Virus record (IMG/VR): IMGVR_UViG_3300045988_129382 | Coordinates: 32,001 to 96,000 of that record | From: a virus | Length of the DNA stretch: 64,000 nucleotides | Direction: 5' to 3' (one strand) | Shown: one piece after another, positions 6,978 through 14,999 of the stretch | Layout: each line of letters opens with the position of its first letter | Numbering within the stretch: the stretch's first letter is position 1 | Position numbers and translations under genes: made by a program | The notes under the pieces: generated by a model | What the model saw: only the letters and a program-made list of their open reading frames with translations | What the model was told of the DNA's origin: nothing | Database searches by the model: none

Positions 6978-9296
6978 ATGAGAAATGTAATATATTCGTG
7001 TTTATCTAAGTCAGACCCTTATTATGTGGATTATCTTAGAATCTTTGAAGAGGAAGCTGATAATTATAAGAAACAATTTAAGATTGATGGTGTACTTAGT
7101 GATGTAGAACGTAAATTCATGGACTTTATTATAAAGTCGTATGAGGTAAGTGGTGAGACTCCTAGCTTAGATTTGTTTGTTAAAATGTTTAGTGAGTATC
7201 CTGTAGAGGATGATTTACGTGTAGCAGAAGAGATTGGTATAAACGATTTTAGGGTGTATATTTTTAACTTAATTGATAAGAGGGTTAATAAGTATATTGC
7301 TAATCGGTTAGATGAGTTAAATGCTAAGGTAAAGAGTGATGGTATTACAGATGATATTGCACAAGAGTTTACTAAGTTAACATCATTGTCTAATCGTAAT
7401 AAAGCTAAGGATATCAATATTGAAATAGATTCTAAGCAAGAGTATGATAATAAGAAGTTACGACCTGTTGGTTTAGTTACAGGTATACCTGAGATTGATG
7501 ATAAGATAGGTGGTATGAGTCCTGGCACTGTTACTACGATTGCTGGTTTTACTTCTCAATACAAGTGTGTATCAGAAAATGAACGTGTGTATACTAATAG
7601 AGGTCTTTTAACAATGAAAGAGATTTACAATATTGGTGTACATAGTGATTTGATGATACAGTCAGAATTTGGTATGCGTAAACTTGTAGCAGTACATGAT
7701 GAGGGTGTTAAGAATTCATATATCATTTATATAGGTGGTATTCCTATTGAAACATCTCCTATACATAGATTTAGGGTTTTAACTGATAATGGTTTAGAGT
7801 GGGTTGAAGCACAAAATCTTAAATGTGGTGATAGAGTTGTACAGTCATTGAAGAAATGTACACATGATGGTTATCGTGGTAATGAGTCTTATTGGGTAGG
7901 AAAGGCTAAGTTAATTGCTAAGACACGAGAATGTTTTGATGATACTTTATTTACTGAAAGTTTAAATTGTTGGAAGGCTTTTATCAGTGAGTTATTTAGA
8001 CATATAGGTTATGTAATTAAGGGTGGAAAAACCTTTATGTATTTTCTTAATGATAAGAAAGCATATTCTGTAAGTCGTTTATTATCAGCAATAGGGATTT
8101 CTACTGTTTTTGTAAATAGTAAGTTATTTATTAAAGGTTCAGTGTCATTACATCATTTTATTAATGTAGTTGGTGCTGATACATATAGTGAAGTTGCTAA
8201 CAATTTATCTTTATCTGAAATGCATGATGAAGATTTGGGTAACAGTGAATTTATTCCTATCTCTAAAGATGATATCTATGAGTTCTTTGGTTCTGAGTTA
8301 ACATGGAATACTGTTACAGATATTGAACAGTCTGAGTGCTATATGTATGATTTGACAGTTGATGGTTCTCCTACATATTGTTTAAATGGGTATGTAACAC
8401 ATAATACAACCATGTCGTTGAATATTGCACATCTTAACGCTTATGAGCTAGGGTATAATATTTGTTATTTATCACTAGAGACTCCAAAGGAAGATATTAA
8501 TTGGAACTTGTTATCATGTCATAGTTATAGTACTAAATTCCAACGATATAACTTTGTATCACATGCTAAGATGCGATGGGGTACGATGACAGATGATGAG
8601 GAAGATTTTATTTTTAATGAAGTAGAACCTGATTTAAAGAATGATTATATTGATGATGAGGGTAATACAAGAAAACGTGGTAAGGTTATTATTTTAGATG
8701 AGTCTGATTTCAAGACTTTCTCTTTTGGTGAGATTTCTAGTGTTATAGAGAAAGTAGACGATAAGTTAGGTGGTAAGCTTGATTGTGTTATCGTAGATTA
8801 TATTCAGTTATGTAAGTTTAGTGGTCAGGGTGTTACGTATGATGCTAACTCACAGATTAATAGTTATGTGACATTCTTTAGACGTTTAGCACAAAATTTC
8901 AAGAAAGAGATTAAGGAAGATGGTACTGAGGAAGTACGTCAGTTAACAATGATATTGTTAGCACAGATTAATCGTAGTTCTTGGCAAAAAGCAAGTAGGA
9001 ATGATGGTAGATATGATATTACATGTTTAGCAGATGCGAATGAGTTAGAACGTGGTAGTGCTAGGGTATTTACTACTTATACATCAGAGGATTTGAAAGC
9101 TAGAAAATCTGCACAAGTACAAATACTTAAAAATCGTGCTGGTCAGACAATGTATGACCCAGTAACTGTGTATGCTGATGGTGAGGCATATGTGTTTATG
9201 TCTGAGGATGGTATGAATAGTAGTTTTGGTGGTGATGGTCTAGCTAGTGTTGAAAGTGCATTCGCTAGTATGGACGATTCATTTGATTTCTTATAA
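6978..9296 (+). CDS. DnaB-like replicative helicase, interrupted by an intein
   Basis: RecA-fold helicase motifs are present: GLVTGIPEIDDKIGG, P-loop region IAGFTSQYK/TTMSLNIA, Walker B CVIVDYIQLC, LAQINRSS and ILKNRAGQT. A 280-codon insertion has intein termini. Confidence 0.85.
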   Translation: MRNVIYSCLSKSDPYYVDYLRIFEEEADNYKKQFKIDGVLSDVERKFMDFIIKSYEVSGETPSLDLFVKMFSEYPVEDDLRVAEEIGINDFRVYIFNLIDKRVNKYIANRLDELNAKVKSDGITDDIAQEFTKLTSLSNRNKAKDINIEIDSKQEYDNKKLRPVGLVTGIPEIDDKIGGMSPGTVTTIAGFTSQYKCVSENERVYTNRGLLTMKEIYNIGVHSDLMIQSEFGMRKLVAVHDEGVKNSYIIYIGGIPIETSPIHRFRVLTDNGLEWVEAQNLKCGDRVVQSLKKCTHDGYRGNESYWVGKAKLIAKTRECFDDTLFTESLNCWKAFISELFRHIGYVIKGGKTFMYFLNDKKAYSVSRLLSAIGISTVFVNSKLFIKGSVSLHHFINVVGADTYSEVANNLSLSEMHDEDLGNSEFIPISKDDIYEFFGSELTWNTVTDIEQSECYMYDLTVDGSPTYCLNGYVTHNTTMSLNIAHLNAYELGYNICYLSLETPKEDINWNLLSCHSYSTKFQRYNFVSHAKMRWGTMTDDEEDFIFNEVEPDLKNDYIDDEGNTRKRGKVIILDESDFKTFSFGEISSVIEKVDDKLGGKLDCVIVDYIQLCKFSGQGVTYDANSQINSYVTFFRRLAQNFKKEIKEDGTEEVRQLTMILLAQINRSSWQKASRNDGRYDITCLADANELERGSARVFTTYTSEDLKARKSAQVQILKNRAGQTMYDPVTVYADGEAYVFMSEDGMNSSFGGDGLASVESAFASMDDSFDFL
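7566..8405 (+). mobile_element. Intein (280 aa) in the helicase P-loop
   Basis: It begins with Cys (CVSENERVY) right after ...SQYK and ends with ...NGYVTHN, followed by Thr. Block B is SPIHRF and block F is YMYDLTVDGSPTY. The central ELFRHIGYVIKGG is a degenerate LAGLIDADG-like segment. Confidence 0.8.
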
Positions 9297-9308
9297 TGAG
9301 GTGATAAT

Positions 9309-9470
9309 ATGAGTTCATTTACGTATAAAGGCAAAACATATAATTTTGCTCAGGATGTAGATATTCATTCTAATGGTAAGTGTGTAGCTACATTGACAGA
9401 TGAAAATAATAAAACATGTGAGTTAACTTTTGTTGATGGTGAGTTAGTATCTATTACAGAAATTAATTAG
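9309..9470 (+). CDS. Small hypothetical protein (53 aa, below the ORF-track cutoff)
   Basis: SD GAGGTGA upstream of ATG 9309. Translation MSSFTYKGKTYNFAQDVDIHSNGKCVATLTDENNKTCELTFVDGELVSITEIN is non-repetitive and protein-like. Confidence 0.45.
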   Translation: MSSFTYKGKTYNFAQDVDIHSNGKCVATLTDENNKTCELTFVDGELVSITEIN

Positions 9471-9475
9471 TTATA

Positions 9476-9503
9476 TTGTTTTATATCATAATTGTGCTAT
9501 AAT
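9476..9503 (+). promoter_or_regulatory. Extended -10 promoter (TTGTTT-16-TGTGcTATAAT)
   Basis: TGTGCTATAAT at 9493-9503 matches the TRTGnTATAAT consensus. A second TATAAT at 9511-9516 abuts the following hairpin. Confidence 0.55.
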
Positions 9504-9516
9504 TTATGTATATAAT

Positions 9517-9554
9517 AGTAGTGTTGTTAGATAAACTAGTAACACTACTATTTT
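9517..9554 (+). terminator. Intrinsic terminator / promoter-proximal hairpin
   Basis: AGTAGTGTT (9517-9525) pairs with AACACTACT (9541-9549), followed by TATTTTT. Confidence 0.65.
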
Positions 9555-9585
9555 TAGGATAAGATAATTAAAAGGATATTCATAG

Positions 9586-10386
9586 ATGGGACAATTAGAT
9601 AAATTAACTAAAAGCTACGAGCAACATATTATTAAATGTAGAGTAGAGGGTGATAGGGCAATTCTTGCCGTATTATCAGATGTGCATCAAGGTTTAAATG
9701 ATAGAAAGTATTTACAAGATACTGTTAAATTTCTATTATCATTAGGTGATAGGTGTAAAGTGATTCTTGGTGGTGATTGTACCAATACAACAACTAAGAA
9801 CTCAAAAGGTAATGTACTTGAAGAGTGGTGTAGTGGTAGTGAGCAGATTTACACTTTAGTAGATGATATTAGACCTTTATATGAAAGTGGACAGCTTATT
9901 GGTATTGTAGAGGGTAATCACCCTAAACGTGCATATAATGATGCGTATATTACTATTGAAGAGATGATAGCTAGTCTGTTGGGGGATAAATCATTGTATA
10001 AGGGTTGTATGGGTATTGTTTACTTTAATGTAAACGATAATCTATATGTACATCAAATTTTGCATAAACATCGTTCTACTGAAGGTGCATATGATTTCTT
10101 TAATGCTGATGTAAATTGGTTTGAGCATAAACATAAGCCTATGACTAGAGCAAGGGTTAAGATTGAACACAATAAGTTTGTTAAAAAACCAGTAGCACGT
10201 CAAGTGTGGGATATTTATCAATCTAGTTTTCAAGTATTCCCTGATTATGCTAAGAGTGCTGGTTATAAACCTAGTGTGAGTGGATATTACTTGTGTGAAA
10301 TGAGTGGTAATAAGCATAATCGAATTGCTACACCGTATTTTGATAGTGATTTTAGGAATTTAATTAAGAATGGATATGAGTTCTAG
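9586..10386 (+). CDS. Calcineurin-like metallophosphoesterase
   Basis: The ordered motifs LSDVHQG (DxH), GGDCTN (GD) and VEGNHP (GNH) are typical of the metallophosphatase superfamily. Confidence 0.75.
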   Translation: MGQLDKLTKSYEQHIIKCRVEGDRAILAVLSDVHQGLNDRKYLQDTVKFLLSLGDRCKVILGGDCTNTTTKNSKGNVLEEWCSGSEQIYTLVDDIRPLYESGQLIGIVEGNHPKRAYNDAYITIEEMIASLLGDKSLYKGCMGIVYFNVNDNLYVHQILHKHRSTEGAYDFFNADVNWFEHKHKPMTRARVKIEHNKFVKKPVARQVWDIYQSSFQVFPDYAKSAGYKPSVSGYYLCEMSGNKHNRIATPYFDSDFRNLIKNGYEF

Positions 10387-10487
10387 ATATACTTTTGTAT
10401 ATTTATAACAGAATTTAATGTATTTTCCCTGGGATATACAAATAAGTATTCGTTAAGGAGTTTGTTTTATTCATAAAAGGAGATATT

Positions 10488-10880
10488 GTGTTTAGAGAAA
10501 AATCTAAGTTAGATGGTTGGATTGATACGATTGATGGTTTCATTGAGTTAGATGATGGACATGCAGTAGCATCTAATGTTATTTCAAATGCTAAAGAGTT
10601 CATTAAATCAGTATATGGTTTAGATAGTACTAATCCATGGTATCGTAGATGTGGTGTTACAATTACTTCTTCAACGATTGGTAGTATTCTTATCTCTATT
10701 GAAGCTGTGAATGGTACACATTTAGATGTTGAGTTTTTACCTACAGATATTATTAGTATGTATCATTACGATACATTAAGTGATGAGCATAATGTTGTAG
10801 ATTTAATGTACATTGATTCTATGACAGTTGATGATGCTATTAAAGAGTTTACTGATGTATTAGATAATAGTGGCATTTAA
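10488..10880 (+). CDS. Hypothetical protein (130 aa)
   Basis: GTG start with an AAAGGAG SD. No motif was recognised. Confidence 0.6.
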   Translation: MFREKSKLDGWIDTIDGFIELDDGHAVASNVISNAKEFIKSVYGLDSTNPWYRRCGVTITSSTIGSILISIEAVNGTHLDVEFLPTDIISMYHYDTLSDEHNVVDLMYIDSMTVDDAIKEFTDVLDNSGI

Positions 10881-10906
10881 TTAATATTTTAAAGGGGGAT
10901 TATATT

Positions 10907-11236
10907 ATGGTAGTACATTCAGAAGAGGATATTATTGAGTTAATTAAGTTCTTTAGGAAAGAATATAATACACTAGATTTAAATAATCAATGTAAGAATG
11001 TAATTGATTTTGTAAAAGGAACAAAATTAGAAAGACCTATGTCTTGTACTGATGTTGATGTGTCTGTACATGAAGATAGCACAATTACAATTAGTTATAC
11101 AGTTAAAGAGTGGGAAATTAATTTTATATTCTTCGCTGATAATCAAGTACATGTTCAAGAGTGTACTAATCATGTAACTAAGTTTGAGAATGTAAAACGT
11201 GCAATTATGTACGCTAATAGATTTTTGTGTATATAG
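10907..11236 (+). CDS. Hypothetical protein (109 aa)
   Basis: AAAGGGGG SD. No motif was recognised. Confidence 0.6.
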   Translation: MVVHSEEDIIELIKFFRKEYNTLDLNNQCKNVIDFVKGTKLERPMSCTDVDVSVHEDSTITISYTVKEWEINFIFFADNQVHVQECTNHVTKFENVKRAIMYANRFLCI

Positions 11237-11243
11237 GTGATAT

Positions 11244-11414
11244 ATGGGATTAGTTTCTTTTATTATAGTGTTGACGATTTTTGTATTAGTACTATCTATG
11301 ATACAGGATTATTTTGCTGACAAGAGCATGTGGTATTATCTATTAACTGTTTCAACTATGCTCCTGTTATTCGTTTTGTCTATGATTGGGATAGAGCTAT
11401 TATTTAGGGGTTAG
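11244..11414 (+). CDS. Small membrane protein (56 aa, below the ORF-track cutoff)
   Basis: AGGTGA upstream of the start. Translation MGLVSFIIVLTIFVLVLSMIQDYFADKSMWYYLLTVSTMLLLFVLSMIGIELLFRG has two TM-like segments. Confidence 0.45.
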   Translation: MGLVSFIIVLTIFVLVLSMIQDYFADKSMWYYLLTVSTMLLLFVLSMIGIELLFRG

Positions 11415-11417
11415 ATT

Positions 11418-11588
11418 ATGATTTTTATTATTGTGTTTATGTTTCTTATTGTGTCATTTTTGTATACATTTTTTACGTTTTGTGATACTGAAAAATTTAA
11501 TAGTAATAGGGAATGTATAGTTTACATGTTAGTATCTTATACTGTTATAACTCTTTTATCGTGTTTAGTTTGGTATGTTACTAAATAA
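11418..11588 (+). CDS. Small membrane protein (56 aa, below the ORF-track cutoff)
   Basis: The ATG lies 4 nt after the previous stop. Translation MIFIIVFMFLIVSFLYTFFTFCDTEKFNSNRECIVYMLVSYTVITLLSCLVWYVTK has two TM-like segments. A terminator follows. Confidence 0.45.
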   Translation: MIFIIVFMFLIVSFLYTFFTFCDTEKFNSNRECIVYMLVSYTVITLLSCLVWYVTK

Positions 11589-11600
11589 AGTTAATTAGTT

Positions 11601-11631
11601 GAGTGTATGATTCGTTCATACACTCTTTTTT
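11601..11631 (+). terminator. Intrinsic terminator
   Basis: GAGTGTATGA pairs with TCATACACTC (10-bp perfect stem, 5-nt loop), followed by TTTTTT. Confidence 0.85.
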
Positions 11632-11632
11632 G

Positions 11633-11661
11633 TTTACAAAACTTTACACTTATGGTAAGAT
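11633..11661 (+). promoter_or_regulatory. Sigma-A-type early promoter (TTTACA-17-TAAGAT)
   Basis: TTTACA at 11633-11638, a 17-nt spacer containing ACTTTACA, TAAGAT at 11656-11661. The architecture matches the promoter at 3787. Confidence 0.6.
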
Positions 11662-11707
11662 TACTTTGTAGATATATTACTTATAATATTTAAAAGGAGA
11701 TTAAGTT

Positions 11708-12109
11708 GTGGGTAAGGTTCTTAGTAGAATTAAAAGACGTGGTAATACACATTTAATTACTGATTTCATTCGTAGTTTACATGAGTATGGTATGCGGACA
11801 AAAGATGTATTATTTATCATGACTAGCTGTGGTTACATGACATGGGAAGATTTCTGTGATGTAGCAAGACATGATTATTATAATAGAGGTTATGGTTCTC
11901 CTGAGGTAGCGATTGATTTGAGGATATTCACTACTAAAGGCTATTTCTATCGTCATGAGATTTGCGATGGTATGGAAGAGTGGAGATTTCATTATACTGA
12001 ACATGAAATGTCTAATCGTAAATTAGATACAAAAGATGTAAAGTCATTTGTAGGTGGTCATTGGTCTACCTTGTCTGAAATTATTAAGAGGGGTAATGAG
12101 GATGTATAG
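11708..12109 (+). CDS. Hypothetical protein (133 aa)
   Basis: GTG start with an AAAGGAG SD. No motif was recognised. Confidence 0.6.
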   Translation: MGKVLSRIKRRGNTHLITDFIRSLHEYGMRTKDVLFIMTSCGYMTWEDFCDVARHDYYNRGYGSPEVAIDLRIFTTKGYFYRHEICDGMEEWRFHYTEHEMSNRKLDTKDVKSFVGGHWSTLSEIIKRGNEDV

Positions 12110-12605
12110 CTATAAGGAGATTAATGCTAATAGATTTAATGAATTACATAAAGAGAGTAATGAATTATTAGCCAGAATTGCATCGTCTATTATGTTATAT
12201 GAGATTGATAGATGCGATAATATTTTAGATTATGTGAGTGGTAATGGTAACTTTCAGTATAGTAGAGAATTCAACTATATAGGTGGAAAGGGTGTTATTA
12301 AGATTGGTACGTATCTTTCACCTATTAGACAGAGTGATAAATTTTTATTTACTAGTGGTACATTAGATATTTCTTTAGGTGAGCATACTTTCGTTAAGAT
12401 TCGAGTTCATAAAGGTCTTAATAGTTGTACAACAAGTGTATCAAAATGTTATTTTAGGTATATAACAGAAGAAAGAAATATTATTAAGGGTATATTATCT
12501 TTTTATATGGATTCTAGTGGGATAGCTAGAGATTCCGACTTATATAAAGCTTATTTAGATTATATTTCTATGTTAGAAGAGATGAGTGTTATTTTAGGTT
12601 TTTAA
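12102..12605 (+). CDS. Hypothetical protein
   Basis: Start moved to ATG 12102, which lies 8 nt after AAGAGGGG. ATG 12096 is an alternative start. Confidence 0.6.
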   Translation: MYSYKEINANRFNELHKESNELLARIASSIMLYEIDRCDNILDYVSGNGNFQYSREFNYIGGKGVIKIGTYLSPIRQSDKFLFTSGTLDISLGEHTFVKIRVHKGLNSCTTSVSKCYFRYITEERNIIKGILSFYMDSSGIARDSDLYKAYLDYISMLEEMSVILGF

Positions 12606-12649
12606 TATTAGTTGTTATTTAGTTGTTAATATGGTTATATAAATAATAG

Positions 12650-12679
12650 TTGTACATTCTTTCTAGAAAGTTGTATAAT
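12650..12679 (+). promoter_or_regulatory. Sigma-A-type promoter (TTGTAC-18-TATAAT)
   Basis: TTGTAC at 12650-12655 and TATAAT at 12674-12679, with TG immediately upstream of the -10. Confidence 0.55.
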
Positions 12680-12685
12680 AAAAGT

Positions 12686-12839
12686 GTATTATTCTTATGA
12701 AGTGTGAGAATAACGACTGCACAAGTAGAAGTAGTGAAGCGTATGTTTATTATCTTAGTTGTAGGGAGCAAGTTTTAGCCGATTACAATGATGATGGATA
12801 ACAAAAGCATAACGAAACGAAAGGAGGCCGTTCTAATCT
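12686..12839 (+). promoter_or_regulatory. Long (~150 nt) 5' leader of the 3D-domain gene
   Basis: This untranslated stretch lies between the promoter and the SD. It looks more GC-rich than its surroundings. It contains a UUAUUCU/AGAAUAA hairpin and a 34-codon ORF (12697-12801) that has no SD. Confidence 0.4.
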
Positions 12840-13169
12840 ATGTCTAATAAGATTAAGGCTTTATTATCAATTCTAACATTTTGTGGTGTTCTTTTTGGGT
12901 TTGTTGGAATTGCAGATGCTCGTCAGGTAATGACTACTGCATATACTCCTCATGAGCAAGCTGGGTACATGGCGAATGGCTTATGGATTCAAGAAGGATA
13001 TGTTGCACTTGATTTTTTACCTTTGGGTACACAAGTGTGGTTAGATGGTGTTCCATACATCGTAGGTGATAGGATTGGTAGTGGTGACTATAATCATGTT
13101 GATATCGTAATGAATAGTTATGAAGATGCTATTCAACATGGTAGACGTTACATGGACTTGCAATACTAA
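12840..13169 (+). CDS. Secreted 3D-domain (RlpA-like/DPBB) cell-wall protein
   Basis: The N-terminal signal peptide ends in IADA. TAYTP...G...VALD...LPLGT.V.L.....YIVGDRIG..DYNHVDI matches the 3D-domain pattern of Firmicutes cell-wall hydrolase-like proteins. Confidence 0.7.
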   Translation: MSNKIKALLSILTFCGVLFGFVGIADARQVMTTAYTPHEQAGYMANGLWIQEGYVALDFLPLGTQVWLDGVPYIVGDRIGSGDYNHVDIVMNSYEDAIQHGRRYMDLQY

Positions 13170-13213
13170 TATTGTAATGACAACTGAATAAGAGTATATA
13201 CTTTAGATAGTTT

Positions 13214-13251
13214 AGAGGTATGATGCGTTGACATCATACCTCTTATTTTTT
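13214..13251 (+). terminator. Intrinsic terminator
   Basis: AGAGGTATGATG pairs with CATCATACCTCT (12-bp stem, 6-nt loop), followed by a T-run. Confidence 0.85.
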
Positions 13252-13273
13252 CAAAAAAATAACTTAACAAAAC

Positions 13274-13302
13274 TTTACAACTTAGTATAGGTATGGTATA
13301 CT
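13274..13302 (+). promoter_or_regulatory. Sigma-A-type early promoter (TTTACA-17-TATACT)
   Basis: TTTACA at 13274-13279, a 17-nt spacer, TATACT at 13297-13302. It is preceded by TTAACAaa, which gives the same double box as at 3787 and 11633. Confidence 0.65.
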
Positions 13303-13341
13303 ATAGGTGTGGTAAGGGTGATAATTAGAAGGAGTAATAAA

Positions 13342-13572
13342 ATGAAAAACTTTAAAATTTATGCAGTTAGTGGTGAGGATAATTCTAAATATGAAATTAC
13401 CCTAAACGAGTTAGTTGCTAAGGGTAATTATACTGAAGATGAAGTTTGTAAGTTACTTGATTATATCGAGTCAACTAAGTACAAAACTTTCAGATGGAAG
13501 TTAGTACATAAAAATTCAATTCATGCTATGGATGGTGATGGGATTCAACATTACTTAGTAGATTTAAAATAG
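13342..13572 (+). CDS. Hypothetical protein (76 aa)
   Basis: Start moved to ATG 13342, 7 nt after the SD AGAAGGAG. Confidence 0.55.
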   Translation: MKNFKIYAVSGEDNSKYEITLNELVAKGNYTEDEVCKLLDYIESTKYKTFRWKLVHKNSIHAMDGDGIQHYLVDLK

Positions 13573-13598
13573 TGTGTTATAATATAGGGAGAAATAAA

Positions 13599-13985
13599 AT
13601 GAGAAAGTTCATGTATGGTGGTAAATTATTTGATAGTATTTCTGAAATTGAAGATTACATTGAATTAAATTTCAATGGGTGTTGGGATTGTGAGCCTGTG
13701 TCTGTTGAGGTAGCTGAATATGGGCTAATTAGTGATAGACATAATTTACCTGTAGATAAATTCATCTATACAAATATAGATGATGTAAATGATTTCTCTA
13801 AGTTAGAGGAAGTTGCTATTAAGAGTATCACTAGAGACGCTGATGTTTTAGTGATTTACGTTACAGGTTTAACATCTGCAACTATTTCCGCTATTAATGT
13901 CGCTAAGATAGTAGGTTATAAATCTATCATTTTAAAACATTATGATAATGTTAGTGGTAATTATCTTTCTCAGTGGGTATATTAG
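13599..13985 (+). CDS. Hypothetical protein (128 aa)
   Basis: Start moved to ATG 13599 (SD AGGGAGA). No motif was recognised. Confidence 0.6.
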   Translation: MRKFMYGGKLFDSISEIEDYIELNFNGCWDCEPVSVEVAEYGLISDRHNLPVDKFIYTNIDDVNDFSKLEEVAIKSITRDADVLVIYVTGLTSATISAINVAKIVGYKSIILKHYDNVSGNYLSQWVY

Positions 13986-14000
13986 TTGGAGGCACTAAAT

Positions 14001-14285
14001 ATGGAAGCAGTTAAGACCGTATATGGAATCTATCAAGATGGTCAATCAGTAGGTTTTCTATCTCATGATAGTTTTTCACAGTTCTTTAAGGACGTATGTA
14101 TTGATTTAGTATGTCCTGTAGAAGATAGAGAGTATATCACAGATAAAGTAGATACAGATGTATTATACTTTGAGTTCGGTAAGTTTTTCTCAGACGAAGA
14201 TGGTACTACATTATATAGAGTTGTAGGTAAATTTCCTAAAAAAGATATGGAAGTATTAGGAAAAGAATTTTATTTTAAAAAGTAA
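14001..14285 (+). CDS. Hypothetical protein (94 aa)
   Basis: Start moved to ATG 14001 (SD TTGGAGG). A terminator follows. Confidence 0.6.
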   Translation: MEAVKTVYGIYQDGQSVGFLSHDSFSQFFKDVCIDLVCPVEDREYITDKVDTDVLYFEFGKFFSDEDGTTLYRVVGKFPKKDMEVLGKEFYFKK

Positions 14286-14298
14286 AAGTATTAACCTA

Positions 14299-14330
14299 AA
14301 GAGATACTAACTATAGTATCTCTTTTTCTT
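14299..14330 (+). terminator. Intrinsic terminator closing the early region
   Basis: AAGAGATACTA pairs with TAGTATCTCTT (11-bp stem, 4-nt loop), followed by a T-run. Confidence 0.85.
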
Positions 14331-14399
14331 ATGTCATAGTTAGTTATATATAATGTATGAATTGTTTGAGATTTTGTGCATTTTTAGTGGTGGTAATAT

Positions 14400-14990
14400 A
14401 TGGTAATTTTAACAAAGAAAACAAAATATGACTCAATCTTAGAGGGTGTTAAAGCTACTATTGTAAATGAGTCTGTAATGGGTGATTTACGTAAAATAGG
14501 CAATAGTAAGGCTTTCACTCCTTTGAAAGGTGCATTGAGTAGTAAATTTAATAAGGTTGAAGTTGGGTTTAGGGTTCATAAGATTAAAGCTGATACTTTT
14601 ACATTAGATATTGAATATTTTGTTACTAATACTGATGTAGATGCTAGAATTAATGTTATTGTTAGGTGTGATGGTTCATACACATCTGAGGATACATCAA
14701 GTGGTAAAACAACTATTGTAGCTAAACAGATTATAGTACAAGAGTTAGATGCTCCTGTAACAACTTTAAATACATTTAAACCGTTTAAAGTTAAATGTAA
14801 TATTGATTGTGTTAAGGATTATATATTTGTATCTACTGAGTTTAGCAAGGTAGCTGTTGATGTTTCAAACACAGTATTTAATTATCTTTTAACTAAAGGT
14901 AAAGACTTGGATAAGAATATCTCTAAAAAGACCGGAAATGCGGTAGGGTTTAGTTCTTTCAAAGATTTTATGACATTAAATTCAAAGTAG
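14400..14990 (+). CDS. Hypothetical protein, first gene of the neck/tail operon
   Basis: 196-codon ORF after the terminator. Its position suggests a structural role. No motif was recognised. Confidence 0.55.
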   Translation: MVILTKKTKYDSILEGVKATIVNESVMGDLRKIGNSKAFTPLKGALSSKFNKVEVGFRVHKIKADTFTLDIEYFVTNTDVDARINVIVRCDGSYTSEDTSSGKTTIVAKQIIVQELDAPVTTLNTFKPFKVKCNIDCVKDYIFVSTEFSKVAVDVSNTVFNYLLTKGKDLDKNISKKTGNAVGFSSFKDFMTLNSK

Positions 14991-14999
14991 GGTGTAGAT

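Noticed and set aside
10488-11236. Possible paralogy between the adjacent genes 10488-10880 and 10907-11236.
   Set aside because: I saw only a vague shared pattern of alternating hydrophobic residues (ILISIEAV...LDVEFL versus ITISYTV...INFIFF). This is not convincing without alignment statistics.
12686-12839. Assigning the 3D-domain gene leader to a known riboswitch class (c-di-AMP ydaO-type or c-di-GMP).
   Set aside because: Short resemblances such as GUAGGGA and GCCGAUUAC exist. However, the hallmark conserved elements I recall for those classes (for example ACCCGA..CAGCUAAC or GGCAAACC..GGACGCAAAGCC) are absent. I report it only as an unclassified leader.
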